This document shows positions 9,142-19,247 of a stretch of 64,000 nucleotides of DNA, piece by piece. Numbering within the stretch: position 1 is the first letter of the stretch; every line of letters starts with the position of its first letter. The DNA is from Leptonemataceae bacterium. GTDB lineage: Bacteria; Spirochaetota; Leptospiria; Leptospirales; Leptonemataceae. Position numbers and translations under genes: made by a program. The notes beneath the pieces are model-generated. The model was given only the letters and a program-made list of their open reading frames with translations, was not told the origin of the DNA and did not search any database. The DNA lies in assembly GCA_965227295.1 (NCBI GenBank), contig OZ245742.1, positions 480,001-544,000 on the forward strand, in the 5' to 3' direction.

Positions 9142-11673
9142 TCACGATTTCACATCGTTCTGCGAACGCGCGAACTTTTGTTTTTGCACGGCGCCAAGAA
9201 TGGCGTTCAGGAGCGTTTGTTTGCCCACGGGTTTCGTGAGATAACCGTCGAAGCCCATTGCCTCGGTCCGGCGAATGTCCTCGTTCGTCGCGTTCGCCGT
9301 CAACGCCAGCACCGGCGTATGGGCGCGCCCCGACTCCTGCTCGAATTCGCGGATGAGCCCGGTCGCCGCGTAACCGTCCATCTCCGGCATTTGAATATCC
9401 ATGAGCACAAGATCGTATGACGCCAGGCGAAACATCTCCACGGCCAGCCGACCGTTCTCGGCCAGCTCCAGTTCCAGCGACGTATCTTTCAAAAAACGCT
9501 GAATCAAAAACTGATTATCCGGATTATCTTCGGCCAGCAGAATGCGCAGCTTCAAATCCGCGGGGAAGGCCTCGGCTTCCTGCCGGGGACCGGCGTGCAG
9601 CATGGAGAACTGCGCGGCCTCATCCGCGGCCACCCGCGGAAAGATCGCCGTAAACGAAAAGCGACTGCCCTGCCCCGGCCGCGACTCCACGTGAATGTCG
9701 CCGTGCATGAGTCGCACCAATCGCCTGGAGATGGCCAGGCCGAGCCCCGTACCTTCATGACGACGCGCGTTGGAAGAGTCCGCCTGGGAAAACGTGTCGA
9801 AGATCTTTTCGAGTTTATCCGCGGGGATGCCGACGCCGGTGTCCCGCACCGCGAACTCGAACTCCACCCGATCCCCCAGGTCCCGCAGCACCTTCGCTTC
9901 GACGACGACTTCGCCCCGTTCCGTAAACTTCACCGCGTTGCCGGTTAAGTTGATGAGCACCTGTTGCAGGCGCGCCGCGTCCCCGCGTACGATCAACGGC
10001 GGTTCACCGGAGGCGGCATCGAAGTCGAGATCCATGGATAGTTTCAGTTCGCCCTCGTCCAGCCGGACCGAGTCCTTACGGGCGGCGGCGCGAAATCGAA
10101 AAACGGCGATGGTATCCTCAACAACAGAGATGGGATCGAAGGGCGATTCGTCCATCTCCAGTTTGCCGGCTTCGATGCGCGAAAAATCCAGGATGTCGTT
10201 TACCTGATGCAAAAGATTCCGGCCGGCGCGGTCCAGAACGCGGACGTACTGGCGCTGTTCGTTTTCGAGGTTCGACTCTTCCAGGAGTTCGGCGATGCCG
10301 ACGATGGAGTTCAACGGCGTGCGGATCTCGTGGGACATGACGGCCAGGAAGTCGGACTTCGCCCGGCTGGCTTCTTCGGCCTGGCGTCGGGATTCTTCCA
10401 GTTCTCGCGTGCGTTCCACTACACGATCTTCCAGATCTTCCGAGAGACGTTCCGCCGTCGCGAAAGCCCGCGCGGACTTGCGCGATACGATGTAAGCCTG
10501 GAACAGGATCAGGATGATCAAACCGTACGGCCCGGTGTTGCGATAGAAATCCAGCCAGTTGCGGCTGGTAATGATGTCCAGGATGACCGTAGCACTGAAC
10601 AGACTGCCGCCGATCAGTATGCTGCCGGCTCCTTCCCGGCCGCGCCAGAGCGCCACGGCAGTCGTGGCGATGCCGTACAGAATCGTACTGACGGAAACGA
10701 TTTGCAATAACGTCAGCCCGATGCTGTAGACTATGAGCGGGGTACTCAGAATGAGCACGATGTAAGCCGCGGCATAAAATAGAATCAAGCGCAGAACAGT
10801 GCGGGACCATTCCCGCGCGAAGAGATGATACAGGAACATCGCCGCGGCGGCGAGACCGATGGCGAATGTCGAGTACTCGATCTTCAACAATAGTTCGAAT
10901 GGGATCTCCGGGAACATCCGCACGAGATAGTACTCGCCCGTAACAAGATTGCGCAGACCCAGGGCGAAACAGAAGACCGCGAACCACAGGTTCAGCCGCT
11001 CCTGGCGGCGCAGCAGAAAGAGAATCGCCTGGTAAAAACCCATGATCCCGAGGGCGCCGGAAACAAACAGAGCCAGGTTGCGATCATTCTCGTGCCGGCG
11101 GCGCAGATCCCGTTCCGTGCCGAGCGTCAACGGCTCGTCAAAGCCGCCGCGACGGTGCGCGAAGTTCGCAATGTGTACTACGATGTGCAGCTCCGCGGCC
11201 CGGGGAATGACCACAAGATCCGGATAAAAGGCCGGCTGCGTTTCCGCTGCGGTGGTGCCGGGATTGCCGGCGCGGTAAACCTCGACGCCGTTGACGTAGG
11301 CCACGGTCGCCGTGTTCAGATCCAGAAACTTCAGGGCGTAGAAGCGGTGGCGCTGCGCATCACTAATATCGGGTGCGTGCACATTAACATAGTAGGTGCC
11401 GTAACGCACCTCCGCCGGCCAGGCCGAAGGTACACGCAGGTACGCCGATTCGGGGTTCTCGAGGACCAACGCACCGCCGACGAAACGCTCCGGCGGAACG
11501 AACTCACCTGCAAAGAACAGCCAATCCCCGTTCAGGCTAACGGAGCCGCGGCGATCGAACTCGTAGCCGCGCAGGTCCAGCCGGCCCTGCCGGACTTCGG
11601 GAACCGCTTCGTCGCCGGCCGGCAGCGATGCCGGTAGAATCAGCACGAACAACACGGCCGCCGCTATGCGCAT
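9142..11673 (-). CDS. Hybrid sensor histidine kinase (7TM-DISM sensor, HisKA, HATPase, receiver)
   Basis: MSHEIRTPLN H-box, NLTGNAVKFT, DTGVGI, GTGLGL, receiver LMDIQMPEMDG; start uncertain (11673 or 11709). Confidence 0.93.
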   Translation of the reverse strand: MRIAAAVLFVLILPASLPAGDEAVPEVRQGRLDLRGYEFDRRGSVSLNGDWLFFAGEFVPPERFVGGALVLENPESAYLRVPSAWPAEVRYGTYYVNVHAPDISDAQRHRFYALKFLDLNTATVAYVNGVEVYRAGNPGTTAAETQPAFYPDLVVIPRAAELHIVVHIANFAHRRGGFDEPLTLGTERDLRRRHENDRNLALFVSGALGIMGFYQAILFLLRRQERLNLWFAVFCFALGLRNLVTGEYYLVRMFPEIPFELLLKIEYSTFAIGLAAAAMFLYHLFAREWSRTVLRLILFYAAAYIVLILSTPLIVYSIGLTLLQIVSVSTILYGIATTAVALWRGREGAGSILIGGSLFSATVILDIITSRNWLDFYRNTGPYGLIILILFQAYIVSRKSARAFATAERLSEDLEDRVVERTRELEESRRQAEEASRAKSDFLAVMSHEIRTPLNSIVGIAELLEESNLENEQRQYVRVLDRAGRNLLHQVNDILDFSRIEAGKLEMDESPFDPISVVEDTIAVFRFRAAARKDSVRLDEGELKLSMDLDFDAASGEPPLIVRGDAARLQQVLINLTGNAVKFTERGEVVVEAKVLRDLGDRVEFEFAVRDTGVGIPADKLEKIFDTFSQADSSNARRHEGTGLGLAISRRLVRLMHGDIHVESRPGQGSRFSFTAIFPRVAADEAAQFSMLHAGPRQEAEAFPADLKLRILLAEDNPDNQFLIQRFLKDTSLELELAENGRLAVEMFRLASYDLVLMDIQMPEMDGYAATGLIREFEQESGRAHTPVLALTANATNEDIRRTEAMGFDGYLTKPVGKQTLLNAILGAVQKQKFARSQNDVKS

Positions 11674-11814
11674 TCCGCCGCCCCGTCGTCGCAGGCTGCT
11701 CCGAATCATCTCCACACCCGGTTGTCCACCCACGGACGATCGAGAGCAAGCCCTTTTGCTGGCCTGCGCGCACATCGCTTGACATGAATCTTACGGAACG
11801 CAGGCTCGGATTGC

Positions 11815-12897
11815 ATGGCCTCGTCCTCTCCCCGCAGCCGTCTGCTCGTTTTCTACGGCATAACCGTGCTGTTTTTTCTCGTGTTCTTTCTTGTGATCGC
11901 GGAGCTGCTCGTACGCATTCAGGGAGCCTACGCCACCTGGACCGAAAAGAGCGGCGGCGTCTTCGTTTCGTCATACATGGCCGTCCACGACAGTTGGTAC
12001 TTCACGCACGGACCGAACGCAACGTTCTCGTACAATCAGCCGGAGTTCGACTACGATCGCAGTACGAACTCCGAGGGCCTCCGTGGTCCGGACGTGCCGC
12101 AGGCGAAGCCGGCCGGGGAGTATCGCATCCTGTTGCTGGGTGATTCTTTTGCCGAGGGCCAGGGCGCACCGCTGGAACGTACCGTATTAAGTACCCTGGT
12201 CCGCAGCCTGAACGCGGAATCGTACAAAGGGCTGCGCTACCGCGGCATTCCCGGCGGCATGGTAGGCAGCGATCCGTTTTTCTGTTACGTCCTGCTGCGC
12301 GACCGCCTGCTGAAGTACGGTCCGGACCTCGTCCTGCTGATGGTGAATGAAAGCGACATGGGCGACATCATCGGCCGGGGCGGCATGGAGCGATTTCACG
12401 AGGACGGCAGAATGCGCGGACCGCACCCGCCGGCCATCGAAGGGTTGTTCGCGCGCAGCCATCTGGCGCGTTTTTTTCTAATTAAAGTGCTCGGCTACGA
12501 CTGGCGCCTGCTGTCACCGTCCGACCAGGACGAGACCAACACCAACGCACAGATCATGATCGCGGAGCTGGCCCGGGAGTTCGAGGCGCTGGGAGACAAG
12601 CACGGCTTCGAGTTCATGCTGATTTTTCATCCGTTGAAACATGAGGTGGTACCGGACGCACCGCCGATTTATCCGCACGCGAAGCGACGCCTGGACGAAC
12701 TCAACGCCGCAACGAGCAAAAACGACATCGTCTATGGCGACGTTACGCCGGCCATGCGCGCGGCCTTCGGCGAACCGTTCAACTTCCACCGCATGGACGA
12801 TCTATACTGGCCCGTCGACAATCATTACACCGGCGAAGGTTACGAAGTCGTTGCCCGGGCCGTTGAATCATTCCTGAAAGAAAACCAGGTCCTCTGA
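11815..12897 (+). CDS. SGNH/GDSL hydrolase family membrane-anchored protein
   Basis: N-terminal TM; LLGDSF block I; C-terminal DNH catalytic motif. Confidence 0.85.
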   Translation: MASSSPRSRLLVFYGITVLFFLVFFLVIAELLVRIQGAYATWTEKSGGVFVSSYMAVHDSWYFTHGPNATFSYNQPEFDYDRSTNSEGLRGPDVPQAKPAGEYRILLLGDSFAEGQGAPLERTVLSTLVRSLNAESYKGLRYRGIPGGMVGSDPFFCYVLLRDRLLKYGPDLVLLMVNESDMGDIIGRGGMERFHEDGRMRGPHPPAIEGLFARSHLARFFLIKVLGYDWRLLSPSDQDETNTNAQIMIAELAREFEALGDKHGFEFMLIFHPLKHEVVPDAPPIYPHAKRRLDELNAATSKNDIVYGDVTPAMRAAFGEPFNFHRMDDLYWPVDNHYTGEGYEVVARAVESFLKENQVL

Positions 12898-12900
12898 TCC

Positions 12901-13977
12901 GTGGAACTCCAGTTAGGTTCTCTGCGCATCGGCCGGCCGCGCCTGGGCATCGCTCTCGGCAGCGGCGCTGCTCGCGGCTGGGCTCATGTCGGAATCCTGC
13001 AGGCCTTTCAACAGGCCGGCGTAAGCATCGACATTATCACCGGGACCTCGGCCGGCGCCGTGGTCGGAGCGTTCTATGCGGCCGACGCCCTGGACAGCCT
13101 CGAACGCTTCGGCGAAGAATTGAAGTCCTTTCGGGCGACGTTCAACTACATGGATTTTACTCTGCCCGCCCGCGGCCTGATCGGCGGGCGTAAGTTCATC
13201 GGCTTTCTCGAAGAATACCTGCCGGTGCGGCGCTTCGAAGAATTGCAAAAACCCTTAGGTATTGTTGCTACGAACTTAATGGATCTGGGCGAAGTGCACA
13301 TCTCCGCGGGCGCGTTAATTCCGGCGATACGTGCTTCGGTAGCGGTGCCCGGCTTCCTGGCGCCGCAAGATGCAGGTGAAATGCAATTAGTAGACGGCGG
13401 TCTGGTGAATCCGGTGCCGGTGAGCCTGGCGCGCAAACTCGGCGCGGACCTGGTGATCGGCGTGGACCTGGATGCGAAGGTCGCCCTGGACAAACGCCGA
13501 CGCGCCGAGTCCATGGGCGCGATTTTTGATCGCACCATCGCGGCCATGATGAATCGCGTGCGCCTGGCGAATCGTTTTTTTCATCCGGCGGATTTGTGGA
13601 TCGAGCCGCATCTGCCCGACTACGGCTTTCTGGATTTTCACCGCACCGAAGAAGCCATCGAGGCCGGCCGAAAGATCGGCGCGGACATCATTGACGACGT
13701 ACGTAAGTTAACGAAACCGCATTTGATTACGGGCGACCGCGTGGTCCGCGTGCCGGAGTTTCTGGGCCGCGCGCTGTCGCCGAGTTTGCCGGAGCAACGC
13801 TCGCCCGAGATGATGGACGAAGAAGTCGCCGACGGGGAACAGACGGATGCGGTACTGGAGGATGCGAGTACTGACGGCGCGCAAGACGTGGATGACGACG
13901 ACGCCATGCGCGAAGAGTACGATCGCATGCAGAAGATGTGGGATTTTCTGGGCGCCGCGTTTCGGGAGAAGGAGTGA
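12901..13977 (+). CDS. Patatin-like phospholipase (RssA-like) with acidic tail
   Basis: GSGAARG, GTSAG and DGG motifs. Confidence 0.92.
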   Translation: MELQLGSLRIGRPRLGIALGSGAARGWAHVGILQAFQQAGVSIDIITGTSAGAVVGAFYAADALDSLERFGEELKSFRATFNYMDFTLPARGLIGGRKFIGFLEEYLPVRRFEELQKPLGIVATNLMDLGEVHISAGALIPAIRASVAVPGFLAPQDAGEMQLVDGGLVNPVPVSLARKLGADLVIGVDLDAKVALDKRRRAESMGAIFDRTIAAMMNRVRLANRFFHPADLWIEPHLPDYGFLDFHRTEEAIEAGRKIGADIIDDVRKLTKPHLITGDRVVRVPEFLGRALSPSLPEQRSPEMMDEEVADGEQTDAVLEDASTDGAQDVDDDDAMREEYDRMQKMWDFLGAAFREKE

Positions 13978-15198
13978 TCAACGCAACGTGGGATAGGTAC
14001 CGGAGGTCGGCGGATTCCAGACGTTCGTGAAGTCCCAACCCACATAAGTACCTTCCACCCGTAACGTTGTAGTCGAATAACCCTCTACTTCCGTGCCGCC
14101 CGGTGCGGCCCCGGCACCGGCCGTGGGTCCGGTGTACGAGGAGTTGTAGTAGTTCCGGGACCAGGTCGTTGCACCGGCCACGTTTCCCGCGGCCGCGCCC
14201 TCGTTCGCGGTTCCCGAAACATTAGAAACAACGTAGTTGCGGCTCACAGTGCCGCCGGACACGGTTCCGATCAAGCCGCCCACGTTTGTATCGCCGCTCA
14301 CAGGACCGCCGATCATAAACGAATCCTCCAACGTACAGGAAATGCACTGGCCGATCAAACCGCCCACGTTGCTGGCACCGCCGTGAGGATGATGGTTCGC
14401 ACTGGACCGCTGAATCGTAGACAGATTCGCATAACCGGCGAGCCCGCCGCAATTATTCGTGGTACAGATCACGTTGCCCCGCCGGTCACAATCGCTGATC
14501 GTCGATGAGATGAGGCGACCGACGATACCGCCGCCGTCGCTCTGGGAACTCACGGCTCCAGGCGTCAGCGTGACGGAGATGGATTCGAACGTTGATCCGA
14601 TGCCATAGGCCGCAACAGCCCCCACCCGATCCTTGCCGGTAATCGTAGGTGCCGGCAGGGTAAAGTTACGAATCGTGGAGCCGTTAACAACGCCGAACAA
14701 TCCTACGTCGTCGCTACCGACATAGACGGCCCACAAGGATGTGATCGTGTGCCCCTCCCCGTCGAAATTTCCCGTAAAGTGAGTCGTACTGTTACCGATG
14801 GGCGTGTGATTCGGCACCGAAGACATATCCAGATCGCTTTTCAAAGCGAAGCTTGAGGACCACAGGGACGGCGTGAGACTGAGAATCTGCAGTTGCGAAG
14901 TCGTACAGATCCAGTACGGATTGCTTGCGCTGCCGTCGCCGGTATCGGAAGTTCCGGACAGTGGAAAACTTGTCGCCGACGTCAGCGAGGAGCACTCGGG
15001 CGAGGTGGTGGTATCCGCATCTGCCTCCCCCGCAACGGGAGAAGCCGGCTGCAACAGAGCCAGCAGTGCGAGGCTGAGGCCGTCCGCCCCACCGGACGCG
15101 CTGTCGCTTCCGCTCGCCGCCGCACTCAACAACAAACAGTTGGAGAAACCGGCCAGAATGAAAATGAGAGTGAGGCGAGCAATGCGTACCGGGTTCAT
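13978..15198 (-). CDS. GLUG-motif surface lipoprotein
   Basis: Lipobox-like LAGFSNC; GDGSASNPY, FTGNFDGEGHTI, repeated VGGLIG motifs, WDFTNVW...YPTLR end. Confidence 0.8.
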   Translation of the reverse strand: MNPVRIARLTLIFILAGFSNCLLLSAAASGSDSASGGADGLSLALLALLQPASPVAGEADADTTTSPECSSLTSATSFPLSGTSDTGDGSASNPYWICTTSQLQILSLTPSLWSSSFALKSDLDMSSVPNHTPIGNSTTHFTGNFDGEGHTITSLWAVYVGSDDVGLFGVVNGSTIRNFTLPAPTITGKDRVGAVAAYGIGSTFESISVTLTPGAVSSQSDGGGIVGRLISSTISDCDRRGNVICTTNNCGGLAGYANLSTIQRSSANHHPHGGASNVGGLIGQCISCTLEDSFMIGGPVSGDTNVGGLIGTVSGGTVSRNYVVSNVSGTANEGAAAGNVAGATTWSRNYYNSSYTGPTAGAGAAPGGTEVEGYSTTTLRVEGTYVGWDFTNVWNPPTSGTYPTLR

Positions 15199-15342
15199 AA
15201 ATATAGAATAGTAAAACATCGAAAGAACGACAGGCAGACAAGCCTTTTTCGAGACAGGCCCATCTGTGGATTGTTAAGCTTTTGTTAGCGCAATACTAGC
15301 GAGCCGGGACCCCGCGCCCCCGCGGACCGGACGCTCCGAAAC

Positions 15343-16899
15343 TTACTCCACCACGGCCTGCACCAGGCCGCTTACCGTACGCATCACGACATCCGTCCCC
15401 GCCGGCAACTCCGCGTCACTCGTGCACATCTCTCCGTTGCGAAACACGTTGCACACGCAATAATCCGGGCCGCTCTCGTTTTCGACAATCGCCAGGACGT
15501 ACGGCGCCTCGACGGGGCCGCCCGTTTGAAAATGCACCACCGTCGTGAGCACAATACGCCCGCGCTCGCCTTCACGCAGGACGTTCGCCGGATTGTTGTG
15601 ACTCAGCTTCGGCCGCACAAACTGCGCGCCACTAGAATCTTGTGTATCACCACTACGGGGCCTCTCCACCGCGATCAACACGAGTCCGTTCACCGCGTCG
15701 ATCCCGCCGTTCCCGCCGAGCAGCGCGTACCGCGGGCGTTCCGCCGGCGACGGCACCACCGGGTCCGCGGCGAGGCCGTATTGCGAGAGCACGTCCATCA
15801 AACCGACGCCGCTCGAAAGCATGAGCGCCGCCTGGTAATTCAGAATGCCGCCGCCCTGATTCACCGGGATCGTCTTCGTGTTACCGGCGGCATCTTTCAC
15901 GCGCACGCAGCCTTCGCCGAGGTCACGCGCCGCGTCTTTCTGCGAGATGCCGAAGTAATTCGAAGCCTGCTCGATGATCATACCCACGAAACAATCATAG
16001 ATCCAGGCGTAGTCCACGTCCACGGGCGTGAGGCCGTTGCGGGCGAGCACGGCGGGACCGGTAATGCGCGACGGACTTTCCAGGTTCCCCTTCAACGAAA
16101 AGTAGGCGGCATGATGGGCCGTCACACCCTGGCCGATATAAACCGGCGCGGCCGGCGGAGTCAGCACGCCCCGCAGTTCGTCTAACATATCTTCGCCGCA
16201 TACTAACGTGGCCACGGCGTGGTCCGTCAAAAGAGCGATCATGGGCGACGAGTACGGCTCCGCGAAGTAACGCTGCAGCTCTTTGTCTTCCAGGGTCTTC
16301 CCGTAGTTCGCAGCGCGTGGATTGTCCTGGACGGCCTTGTGAAAGTAACGCGCAATCGCCCGCAGTTCGTCCTCGGTGATGTCGTGGTCGCGCATCTGGC
16401 GCTTCGCGAGTAGCGCATAGAACGCGATCAACTGGCCGCCGTAGGGCGTCTCGTAGAGCGGATGCATGGCCCCGGCGTTCAACGTCTGATAGTCCGCCTT
16501 GCCCTGGAAGCCAGCGCGGAGAATGTCCGCCGCCGCGATCAACACGCACGCGCGCGGATTCTGTTGCACCAGGGCGTGCGCCTGAACCAACGCCGACGTG
16601 ATCGACGCGCCGCCCTGATCGATAAACTGACAGTTTGTACCGGTTAAGCCCAGGCGATCGGCCTTGTGCATGGTGTCGTGGTACTTCAGCGGATTGTAGA
16701 CGGCCGGGCCGCAACTCAGGAAATCCGTAATGTACGGTCGCAGTTTCGCAAAGTCCGTCTGCAGATAGTCGCAGAGTTTGTCGACGACGGTTTCCAGGAA
16801 ACGTTCCACGCGTTCGTTGCGGTCGGCGCGGCGTTTTTTGATTTCGGGCAGCTCGTCCGCGATGAGATCGGCGGCGCCGAGCAGGAGTGCATGCGGCAT
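15343..16899 (-). CDS. Thiolase-like (SCP2-thiolase/Ltp2 type) protein with C-terminal OB-fold-like extension
   Basis: GGAS, DVDYAWIYDCF and PVNQGGG motifs; C-terminal TVVH...EAPYVLAIVE resembles the DUF35/ChsH2 OB domain. Confidence 0.7.
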   Translation of the reverse strand: MPHALLLGAADLIADELPEIKKRRADRNERVERFLETVVDKLCDYLQTDFAKLRPYITDFLSCGPAVYNPLKYHDTMHKADRLGLTGTNCQFIDQGGASITSALVQAHALVQQNPRACVLIAAADILRAGFQGKADYQTLNAGAMHPLYETPYGGQLIAFYALLAKRQMRDHDITEDELRAIARYFHKAVQDNPRAANYGKTLEDKELQRYFAEPYSSPMIALLTDHAVATLVCGEDMLDELRGVLTPPAAPVYIGQGVTAHHAAYFSLKGNLESPSRITGPAVLARNGLTPVDVDYAWIYDCFVGMIIEQASNYFGISQKDAARDLGEGCVRVKDAAGNTKTIPVNQGGGILNYQAALMLSSGVGLMDVLSQYGLAADPVVPSPAERPRYALLGGNGGIDAVNGLVLIAVERPRSGDTQDSSGAQFVRPKLSHNNPANVLREGERGRIVLTTVVHFQTGGPVEAPYVLAIVENESGPDYCVCNVFRNGEMCTSDAELPAGTDVVMRTVSGLVQAVVE

Positions 16900-16985
16900 G
16901 ATTTTCAGTTTCAGAGGACATCGTCCTCCGGCGAGAACTTTTTATGTTGAGGTTTGCCTGTGATTTCCAGGATACCGAAGTCGGC

Positions 16986-18758
16986 TTACTTGCCTTTCAT
17001 AGCCCACACGCCGTTCCAGTCCGTCGGCGGCGGCATCTGCTGAAAGTGCGCGACGCGTTTTACGAGCACCCGGGACGGCCCGTCGTTCTCTTTGATCTTC
17101 AAACAATCCTTCAGACGCGCTTCCGCCGTGCTCCAGTTCTGTTCGCGATACTCAGCCAGGGCGTCCTCGTAAACATCGCGCAGTTCCGCGGCGTCGGCCT
17201 CCAGCCCGCCCTGTTCGGCGAGCAACTGAAAGATGCGCACGGGTTCGCTCTTGCCGACGACGATTATGTTGTCGATTTCGCGCACCTCGAACTCTTCGCC
17301 GATCATGTTGCGCGTGGCCTCGGCCATTAAGATGCGCGTGCCGTACTGTTTGTTCGCGCTCTCGAGGCGCGCGGCAATGTTCACCGTATCGCCCATCACC
17401 GTAAACGAACGCGAACGATCCGAGCCAATGTTGCCGGCCAGAAGTTCGCCGGTGGCCAGGCCCACACGGATGCGCACCTGCGGCAGTCCCGTGCGCATGC
17501 CCATCGTATCCGCCATGGATGCGTTGAGTTCCCGCAGCGCCGCGAACTGTTTCAACGTGGCGCGACACGCACGGCGAGCGTGTTCTTCTTCGCTCGTAAA
17601 CGGAGGGCCCCAGAAGGCCATCACCGCGTCGCCGATGTACTTGTCGATGACGCCGTTCTCGTCGGCGATGGGCTCCGACACCTTGCTGAAGTAGCGGTTC
17701 ATCAGCGTGACGAGACCGCCCGGCGTCAGACTTTCCGAAATGGTGCTGAACTTCTGCACGTCCGAGAAGAACACCGTCATAACGCGGCGTTCGCCCTCGA
17801 AGCCCAAACGATCTTCGTCGTCGATCAACGACGCGACGATGCGCGGATCTAAGTATTTCCCGAAAGTATCTTTGATGCGTTCCTTTTGCCGCAGCTCTTC
17901 GGCCATATGATTGAACGCCGCGCCCAATCGACCGACCTCGTCCTCGGAAGTAATCTCCACCTCGACGTCCAGCTTGCCGCCGGCCAGTTCTTCCGTGCGC
18001 TCGGTCAACGCGCGCACCGGCCGTACAATGCGCGACGTTACGAACGCGCTCACCACGGCGCCGGTAATCAGAGCAAGGAGCGTCCACGCTAAGTTCTGAA
18101 GAAACACAATGAAGAGCCGCTGCTCGCCGGCCACGATCATCTCGGCCTGGTGTTTGTTGAACTCTTCCAGTTCGATGAGCACTGCCTCCAGGCGCGCGTC
18201 CAGATCTTCCTCTTCTTCGGCGAGCCGCTCTTCCAGCGCGCGCAGGCTGCCGTTGCGCCCGGAGCGCAACTTCGCGACGACTCCCAGGGCGTGATCATGG
18301 TACTCCTGGTGCTGGACCTCGATCTCCCGCAGCGCCGGCTGTAGCCGCGAGAAACGAATCGCTTCTTCGACCTGCAGCCCGTCCTCGTCGGCGAGGGCGC
18401 CCTCCAGGATTTTCTCGGATTCACGGAGCTCCTCATCCACACGTTCGTTCAACGCTTCGAATAGTTTCGTTTCTTTATTGATTGCCGCCGCATTGTTTCC
18501 GCGACTCTCGTAGAAACGCAGCACGCGTTCGAGGTGGATCTCCTGTTGCAGGGCGTGCGCGTCGATGTTCGCCACGGAGTTCAGCAGCGGGATGATGCGG
18601 CTGGAAAGATTGTCCACGCGCGCCCGGACGAGGCGAATCTCGTAGAGCGATGTGGCGAAACTGATCGCGGCCACCAGGAGCATGAGCCCCAACAACACCG
18701 CCGTGAACCCGAAAATCTTTTGCCAGAGCGACAATCTGCGCCAGAATCCTCGAAACAT
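16986..18758 (-). CDS. Membrane adenylate/guanylate cyclase with 4-helix sensor and HAMP domain
   Basis: Two TMs; HAMP EDEVGRLGAAFNHM; FFSDVQKFST, IDKYIGDAVMAFWG, GDTVNIAARLE; start MFRGFW. Confidence 0.93.
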   Translation of the reverse strand: MFRGFWRRLSLWQKIFGFTAVLLGLMLLVAAISFATSLYEIRLVRARVDNLSSRIIPLLNSVANIDAHALQQEIHLERVLRFYESRGNNAAAINKETKLFEALNERVDEELRESEKILEGALADEDGLQVEEAIRFSRLQPALREIEVQHQEYHDHALGVVAKLRSGRNGSLRALEERLAEEEEDLDARLEAVLIELEEFNKHQAEMIVAGEQRLFIVFLQNLAWTLLALITGAVVSAFVTSRIVRPVRALTERTEELAGGKLDVEVEITSEDEVGRLGAAFNHMAEELRQKERIKDTFGKYLDPRIVASLIDDEDRLGFEGERRVMTVFFSDVQKFSTISESLTPGGLVTLMNRYFSKVSEPIADENGVIDKYIGDAVMAFWGPPFTSEEEHARRACRATLKQFAALRELNASMADTMGMRTGLPQVRIRVGLATGELLAGNIGSDRSRSFTVMGDTVNIAARLESANKQYGTRILMAEATRNMIGEEFEVREIDNIIVVGKSEPVRIFQLLAEQGGLEADAAELRDVYEDALAEYREQNWSTAEARLKDCLKIKENDGPSRVLVKRVAHFQQMPPPTDWNGVWAMKGK

Positions 18759-18922
18759 GCAGCGACGCTGACACGGAGCGGAAAATATCGCAAGACGGAA
18801 TTCACGCGGCCGCGGCGTTAAAATGCGCGCGGCGAGAGAATTTTCGCCGGCCCGCCACCGATAATCGAAGAATGCAGGGAATTCGCTTGCGAACGCAAGG
18901 CGAACCGGCTTCAGTCTCCGCA

Positions 18923-19246
18923 ATGTCGGAACACGACGACAGCGACGACGTCTCCGTGGTGCGCCTGCCGAACTTCGAAGAGCTCGACCGCGACCTCGAA
19001 GAACTCTTTCACACGATCTCCTACGAAGTTCGTGACCGGATCGACGCGCGCGCGGCCGGTGCATCGGCCGGCCTCGTGTCGAACTACGGAACCGAACTCA
19101 TCGGCGAACTGGAGCGCCGCCGCGAGGCCGGCGAAATCGACAAGGGACAGTTCCTGTACTGCCTCGAGGCGGCGAACGAGATATTGAGGATGGAGATGAT
19201 CTACTTCGAACGCGAGTTCGAGATGAGCCGGGACGAGTCGTCCTGA
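18923..19246 (+). CDS. Small acidic hypothetical protein
   Basis: Fills intergenic space, typical codon usage, helical acidic sequence. Confidence 0.6.
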   Translation: MSEHDDSDDVSVVRLPNFEELDRDLEELFHTISYEVRDRIDARAAGASAGLVSNYGTELIGELERRREAGEIDKGQFLYCLEAANEILRMEMIYFEREFEMSRDESS

Positions 19247-19247
19247 C

